From: an uncultured Alphaproteobacteria bacterium | GTDB lineage: Bacteria > Pseudomonadota > Alphaproteobacteria > Rs-D84 | Length of the DNA: 64,000 nucleotides | Assembly (NCBI GenBank): GCA_934272785.1 | Contig: CAKQSE010000001.1 | Span: 41,212-105,211, forward strand | Direction: 5' to 3' | Shown here: one piece after another, positions 59,060 through 64,000 of the stretch | Layout: each line of letters begins with the position of its first letter | Numbering within the stretch: the stretch's first letter is position 1 | The notes under the pieces: generated by a model | Told to the model about the DNA's origin: nothing | The model's input: the letters and a program-made list of their open reading frames with translations, nothing else | Databases searched by the model: none | Translations under genes and position numbers: made by a program

Positions 59060-60136
59060 ATGACAGATACGAATACGAAAAAGATAATTTCCGTTGATGC
59101 AATGGGCGGGGACAAGGGCCCCAAGGCCGTTCTGGGGGGCATGAACCAGTTTCTGTATCAAAATGGCGAGGACAAGGTTGCGTTCCGCCTGTTTGGTGAT
59201 GCGGCGCGTCTGAACCGTATGTTGACCAAGTATCCGCGTGTCGCGCGTAATTGCACGGTTGTGCATGCGCCTGGGGTAATTCGTGGCACGGACAAGGTTC
59301 GCGATGTCATCCGCCATGCCCAGGATACGTCAATGTATATGGCGATCAAGGATGTCCGCGAAGGAAACGCGTCTGCGGTGGTCAGTGCTGGTAATACCGG
59401 CATTTTGATGTCGCTGTCGAAACTGATGCTGAAAACAACCGCGGGAATTGCGCGCCCGGCAATCACGACGATGTTGCCATCGGGTGGTGGTGATTCACGC
59501 GTGGTTGTGTTGGACCTGGGCGCAAATGTCCAGTGTGATGAAACGGTTTTGTTTGATTTCTCTATTTTGGGCAGTGTCTATGCCGAGGTTATTGGTAAAA
59601 TGCCACGTCCGAAATTGGGTGTGTTGAACATCGGTGCCGAAGATACCAAGGGCAACGAAACACTGCAACACCTGAACCGCGTATTGACCGAACATCGCGA
59701 TGAATTGCCATACGAATACATCGGATTTGTCGAAGGAAACGACATCAGTGGCGGTAATGTCCAGGTTGTTGTGACCGACGGTTTTACCGGCAATATCGTT
59801 CTAAAAACGGTCGAAGGCACGGCAAAACTGATTAAACGCGTGCTGGTCGATAATTTCAAGAAATCGATTCTGGCGATGGTTGGGGCGTTTTTCTTGGTGC
59901 ATGTATTTAAACGCCTGAAACATAAAATTGACCCACGTTCGTATGCGGGGGCGGTGTTCCTGGGACTGCAAGGATTTGCGGTTAAAACCCACGGGAACAG
60001 TGATGCGCTGGCATTTGCAAATGCGTTAAAGTATGCCACCGATTTGACCGAGGCGAACCTGAACGACACAATCGCATCACGTGCGTCGTCGGTTACAAGT
60101 ATTCGTGACGAATTTAAAATCGCCGTCGAACAATAA
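59060..60136 (+). CDS. plsX: phosphate acyltransferase PlsX
   Basis: ISVDAMGGDKGP… and the overall PlsX pattern, in the canonical rpmF-plsX arrangement. Confidence 0.9.
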   Translation: MTDTNTKKIISVDAMGGDKGPKAVLGGMNQFLYQNGEDKVAFRLFGDAARLNRMLTKYPRVARNCTVVHAPGVIRGTDKVRDVIRHAQDTSMYMAIKDVREGNASAVVSAGNTGILMSLSKLMLKTTAGIARPAITTMLPSGGGDSRVVVLDLGANVQCDETVLFDFSILGSVYAEVIGKMPRPKLGVLNIGAEDTKGNETLQHLNRVLTEHRDELPYEYIGFVEGNDISGGNVQVVVTDGFTGNIVLKTVEGTAKLIKRVLVDNFKKSILAMVGAFFLVHVFKRLKHKIDPRSYAGAVFLGLQGFAVKTHGNSDALAFANALKYATDLTEANLNDTIASRASSVTSIRDEFKIAVEQ

Positions 60137-60165
60137 AAACGCCCCATCGGGGCGGTTTTTATTAG
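60137..60165 (+). terminator. rho-independent terminator after plsX
   Basis: aaaacgccccatcggggcggtttttatt. Confidence 0.6.
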
Positions 60166-60692
60166 AGAGTAAAGTGCAGAGAGCAGAGAGCAATGTTGCG
60201 CGCCATCGGCGCGCTTGTTTTTATCGTTGCGGACTAAATTCTCCTTCGCTGGCGAAGGGGTGTCCACGCAGTGGACGGGGTAGTGGTGCGGTCCCTGCGG
60301 GGCAATGGACCCCGGCCTGGTAACCACCCACGGAATTTAACAATTCCGCGGGGCCCGGGCCGGGGTGACGACTAAAAAATAGCAAATAACATAAATTTGA
60401 ACAATGTTTGTAAATTGTGGTGCCCACCCACACAACACCGTCATACCGGCGCAGGCCGGTATCTATTGTGTTCCCTTGGCAGGTCGCAATTGAGCGATTA
60501 GTCCCCAATAATAAAATCTGCGATTGCTCGGACACGGCTCGCGTTAGCTCGCACTGCATAGTCCCTATTCCTGCGCAGGCAGGAATAACAAGAGTAAAAA
60601 AAGACAAGTTCCCCTCTGGCCAGAGGGGTGCCCGCAGGGCCGGGTCTCGTCATTGCTCTCTGCACTCTGCGCTCTGCTCTCTAAAAAACGGG
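60166..60692. repeat. MITE-like palindromic repeat element (copy B), mosaic of shared modules
   Basis: TIRs agagagtaaagtgcagagagcagagagcaatg … cattgctctctgcactctgcgctctgctctct. Internal modules are shared with the other copies: the gttccccttcgctggcgaaggggtg…ggggcaatgga ~80-bp unit (also at 62430), ccacccacggaatttaacaattccgcggggcccgg, and a ~95-bp unit 60494-60590 that recurs inverted at 62166-62260. Confidence 0.75.
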
Positions 60693-60709
60693 GCGTTGCC
60701 CCGTTTTTT

Positions 60710-61159
60710 TTATTCCCCAATTTTCAGATTTGGGCGCGTGGCGCGTAAATTTTTCAGTGATTGTTCCTGGGCGGCGCGGAATGCGTCCGGATTCCAGATT
60801 TGAAAACTGTTCCCGCGACCAACGAATACGGCGCGGTCGGTAATGCCGGCGTGTTGCAACAAGTCGGCCGGAATCACAATGCGGCCCGTAACGTCAAACG
60901 CCAACTGGCGCGCATCGGCAAACAACATCGCCGACAGGTCGTCCAGCGCGTCATCAAACACACTCATTTTGTCGGTTGCGGCGGCCATCTGTTCCATGCG
61001 GGACATGGACAGTCCCTCGATACAATTGTGCGTGAACGAACGATATAAAACAACACCCGGAAATTTTTCATTGGATACCGAAGCGCGGAAAGAGGCCGGC
61101 ACAGAAATACGCCCCTTGGTATCCAAACGATTTTCATAAGATGAGAGAAACAATGACAT
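60710..61159 (-). CDS. mraZ: transcriptional regulator MraZ
   Basis: Two DxxGR(I/V)xxP repeats (LDTKGRISVPASFR and DVTGRIVIPADL), ~150 aa. Confidence 0.85.
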   Translation of the reverse strand: MSLFLSSYENRLDTKGRISVPASFRASVSNEKFPGVVLYRSFTHNCIEGLSMSRMEQMAAATDKMSVFDDALDDLSAMLFADARQLAFDVTGRIVIPADLLQHAGITDRAVFVGRGNSFQIWNPDAFRAAQEQSLKNLRATRPNLKIGE

Positions 61160-61543
61160 TCTTTATGGTCCTTGTTTTTGGGGCGTAACGCCCGGATTCT
61201 CTTTCCGACTTCATGCGAAATGTAGCACGGGTATTTATGGTTGTCAATGACAAATTATAGTTATTTTATGGGATTTTATGGTTTTGGAAATAAAAATAAA
61301 TTTTTTTCAAATAAAATTAAAATAAATCAATTTTCCGCTTGACCTGCGATTCGTTTTTGTTCTAAGATGTTTGTATAGACAAGGAGAAAAGGTTTCAAAG
61401 TCCCAGAAATCCGCCAAAAACCGGAAAACTGGCAAAAACAAAAAACAACAAAAGATTTGGTTGATAAAAATGTAAATACGTATGTAAATACACCCGTCGA
61501 CCCGATTTTTTCTTTAAAACCCAAGCAAAGGAGGGACCCACGC

Positions 61544-61879
61544 ATGCCAAAGAACATTAAAGAAATTATGATTGCCTTGAACAAAGTTTTAACGACAACT
61601 GTTTGGGTGAACGAAGATCGCCAGATTATATCCCTGGCCGATGAATTGAAAATCGGTTTGGGCAATGTGCCACGCAGTATCGAAGATTTGCCACGCACAT
61701 CGCTGGTTGGTGCATATGTTTCGTTGCAAATCCGCACCGATAATTTTGATGTTGCCGCCGAAAGCATGGACACAAAAACATTGGCCTTGCGTGTCAAGGG
61801 CATGGTCTTTGCCGAAGCGAAAAAGATAATGGATGCCGCCGACGTTGCCGACAAGGGCGTCGTTGCGCGTGCCGCATAA
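61544..61879 (+). CDS. hypothetical protein (111 aa)
   Basis: Strong RBS aaaggaggg before ATG 61544 and protein-like composition. It is followed by a hairpin plus T-tract at ~61945-61980. The overlapping minus-strand 278-aa ORF crosses repeat DNA and looks spurious. Confidence 0.45.
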   Translation: MPKNIKEIMIALNKVLTTTVWVNEDRQIISLADELKIGLGNVPRSIEDLPRTSLVGAYVSLQIRTDNFDVAAESMDTKTLALRVKGMVFAEAKKIMDAADVADKGVVARAA

Positions 61880-61984
61880 CGCGCGTGTGCCGCGTGGGCA
61901 CATGGCATCATAACAGTTTCTGGGTATACCAGAAGGAAGGGAGTAGCCACCGTCGAGTAATCGCCGGTGGTTATTTTTTTAGTG

Positions 61985-62845
61985 AGAAAGTGATAGAGTG
62001 ATAAAGTGAAAAAATAAAGTTCCCCTCTGGCGGAACCACCCACGGAATTTATCAATTCCGTGGGGCCGGGGTCGGGGTGGTGCGAAGCACCGGGGTGTCG
62101 TTTTTTCAGAGAGCAGAGTGCAGAGAGCGGAGAGCAATGTTTGTGTCCGCCGATGGCGGGCACTCTTTGTTGTCATTCCCGCGTAGGCGTGAATAGGGAC
62201 TATACAGTGCGAGCGGACGCGAGCCAAACCCACGCAATCGCGGATTTATTATTGGGGACCATATTTACGTATATTGTGCAACAATGGGCGGGAGTAATTT
62301 CTTAGACCCTATTCATGCCTTTGCCCACCCACAAAATCTTGCGATTTTGTGGGGCCCAGAGCAGGAATGACAAGGGCGGTGTATTTGTGTTTATTTTATG
62401 ACCATAGCTTATGTCTTGGTTGCGGCCCAAGTTCCCCTTCGCTGGCGAAGGGGTGGCCACGTAGTGGACGGGGTAGTGGTATTATAAGTCCCTGCGGGGC
62501 AATGGATACCGGCCTCCGCCGGTATGACGGGTGGTATGTGGTTAGAATCATATTTTACGAACATTGTGCAACAATGGGCGAGAGTAATTTTAAAGACCCT
62601 ATTCCTGCCTGCGCAGGAATGACAATAAGGTGCGCTTCGCGCAACACCATAAACCTGGATCCTGTGGTCAAGCCACAGGATGACAATGGCGGTGTATTGG
62701 TGTTTATTTTATGAACATCGTTCAAAATTATGTTGTGAACTTTTTCGTATGTGTCATCCTGTGGCTTGACCACAGGATCCAGGTCATTAGAGTTGTCCGC
62801 CATTGGCGGACACATTCATTGCTCTATGCGCGTTGCTCTCTAATA
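61985..62845. repeat. composite/nested palindromic repeat region (copy C)
   Basis: Begins with gtgagaaagtgatagagtgataaagtg… like the copy-A arm. It contains agagagcagagtgcagagagcggagagcaatg, the ~95-bp unit inverted relative to copy B, the gttccccttcgctggcgaaggggtggccacgtagtggacgggg unit, and duplicated sub-blocks (62258-62330 ≈ 62547-62610; 62378-62428 ≈ 62690-62750). It ends with inverted repeat ggatcctgtggtcaagccacaggatgac / gtcatcctgtggcttgaccacaggatcc and cattgctctatgcgcgttgctctct. Confidence 0.7.
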
Positions 62846-62867
62846 AAACGCCGCGTGGGGCGGCGTT

Positions 62868-64000
62868 TTATACAAACTTTTCTGGGACCAGGCGCATCAT
62901 AATCTTCCACCCGCGGCGGAATATTGTTGTGTCCGGACTGTGATGATATTCGCGTGGTGCAACGTCGCCGGGGCGTTCGCCGGTCCATACCGGGTCATCG
63001 TTTTCGTCCAGTGTCACATGCCACGATGTTTGCGCGTCGCGCAAAATCATCTCGCGCAGTTTTTTTGCAAATTCGCGGCTTTCAAATATTGCGACGTTTT
63101 CGGTGTTAAAGTATGCGCTGCGTGGGTCCAAATTAAAACTGCCAATCCACGAGATTTTATCATCAAACACCATTGTTTTACTGTGCAGAACCGAAAAACT
63201 GGACCGCTTGCGTTCGCGGTCGTGTTCCTGGCCGCGCAGGTTTTCCGCCGACAGCATAAATTCATACACGTCTGCCCCCGATTCAATCAGGCGTTTGCGG
63301 TATTTTTCCCACTTTGCATAGACCGTCGGCGCGTTTGTTGACGCCAGTGAATTTGTAACAATCGTCATATGGACGCCCGATTTTTCTTCGTGCATCATGT
63401 GTTCCAGTCCACCCTGGCCGGGGACAAAATACGCCGCCGAAATATACACAGAATCATCGGTTTCGCGCCACAGGTGTTGCAACGCACGCACAATGTCGCC
63501 ACGATATTCCTGCTTTTGTGCCATGGTCATTTCAACCTTGGCCGGCGGGTCGGCCAAGAATTTCCCGTGCCCCCAGCTGAAATCAAAATTCTTTTGTTTA
63601 TATTTGCGCATGGCGACCTGGATAATGGTGTTATACATGCGGGTGTCTTCGGCACTGCGTTCCTGGATTTCTTTAAATTTCTCTTCCAGTTTGCGCATGT
63701 CTTTTTTGGATTTCGCCTTGGGGAAAACGTCCGCCGGTATTGCCAGGTGGTGATTCCAGTATTCGTCAAAACTGGCAGTGGCGTATTTTGTCATGTCGCC
63801 CAGGAACAGCACGTCTGTATCAGAAAAATTCGACGCGGTTTCTGGATAGAAATAATTACTGCCCACGTTGCGTCCGCCGGTGATATAGGCGACATTGTCC
63901 ACGATAAACAGTTTATTGTGCATGCGCGAATTCAGTCGGTTAAAATCCAACATAAATTGCGGATAGTATAAAACCTTGGCCCGGTTGGCGACGGTGTTGA
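62868..64000 (-). CDS. phospholipase D / cardiolipin synthase family protein (two HKD motifs), N-terminus probably beyond window
   Basis: HNKLFIVDNVAYITGGRNVGSNYF (HxK…D…GG.N) and VLHSKTMVFDDKISWIGSFNLDPRS (second HKD). The frame stays open from the listed Met (63953) to the window edge. Confidence 0.75.
   Translation of the reverse strand, partial: NTVANRAKVLYYPQFMLDFNRLNSRMHNKLFIVDNVAYITGGRNVGSNYFYPETASNFSDTDVLFLGDMTKYATASFDEYWNHHLAIPADVFPKAKSKKDMRKLEEKFKEIQERSAEDTRMYNTIIQVAMRKYKQKNFDFSWGHGKFLADPPAKVEMTMAQKQEYRGDIVRALQHLWRETDDSVYISAAYFVPGQGGLEHMMHEEKSGVHMTIVTNSLASTNAPTVYAKWEKYRKRLIESGADVYEFMLSAENLRGQEHDRERKRSSFSVLHSKTMVFDDKISWIGSFNLDPRSAYFNTENVAIFESREFAKKLREMILRDAQTSWHVTLDENDDPVWTGERPGDVAPREYHHSPDTTIFRRGWKIMMRLVPEKFV

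Noticed and set aside
61327-62163. 278-aa minus-strand ORF spanning the small-gene locus and the repeat element
   Set aside because: It runs through palindromic repeat DNA and is antisense to a better-supported small ORF with a strong RBS. Composition is S/T/F-rich.

Overview
The housekeeping genes, read from the six-frame track and by eye, look alphaproteobacterial: a GapR/DUF2312 homologue, a DUF2924 + large serine recombinase module, a VirB8-9-10 type IV secretion fragment, and the conserved tRNA-Trp–secE–nusG–rplKAJL–rpoB–rpoC cluster. Core GC is roughly 45-50% by eye. Recognisable genes include rpmH, gyrA, a MerR regulator, an APH-family phosphotransferase, tRNA-Glu, a MarR–TolC–MFP–RND efflux operon, rmuC, def-fmt-truA, comEC, pyk, a DacC–SPOR fusion, recR, rsmA, a KefC-like antiporter, lspA-yidC, rpmF-plsX, an orphan mraZ and a partial PLD/Cls-family gene. 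The most interesting region is a visibly lower-GC (~35%) island of about 13 kb, from ~6.0 to ~19.4 kb. It carries a co-directional five-gene DNA-targeting cassette: an SNF2-family helicase, a small unknown protein that may be DUF4391-like, an AlbA_2/Schlafen-like ATPase with an in-frame 12-bp tandem repeat, a Type III Mod methyltransferase and a Type III Res endonuclease. A degraded integration module (DUF5681 fragment, DUF2924, and a serine recombinase broken by an in-frame TAG) lies next to the cassette, abutting tRNA-Gln. Other notable points are a 287-aa protein with the catalytic-motif pattern of OspF/SpvC/HopAI1 phosphothreonine lyases beside tRNA-Glu, three loci of mosaic MITE-like palindromic repeats, and VirB9/VirB10 homologues with long C-terminal extensions. 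I worked by eye only, so coordinates of features not in the ORF track may be off by 1-2 bp and all homology calls are from remembered motifs rather than searches.
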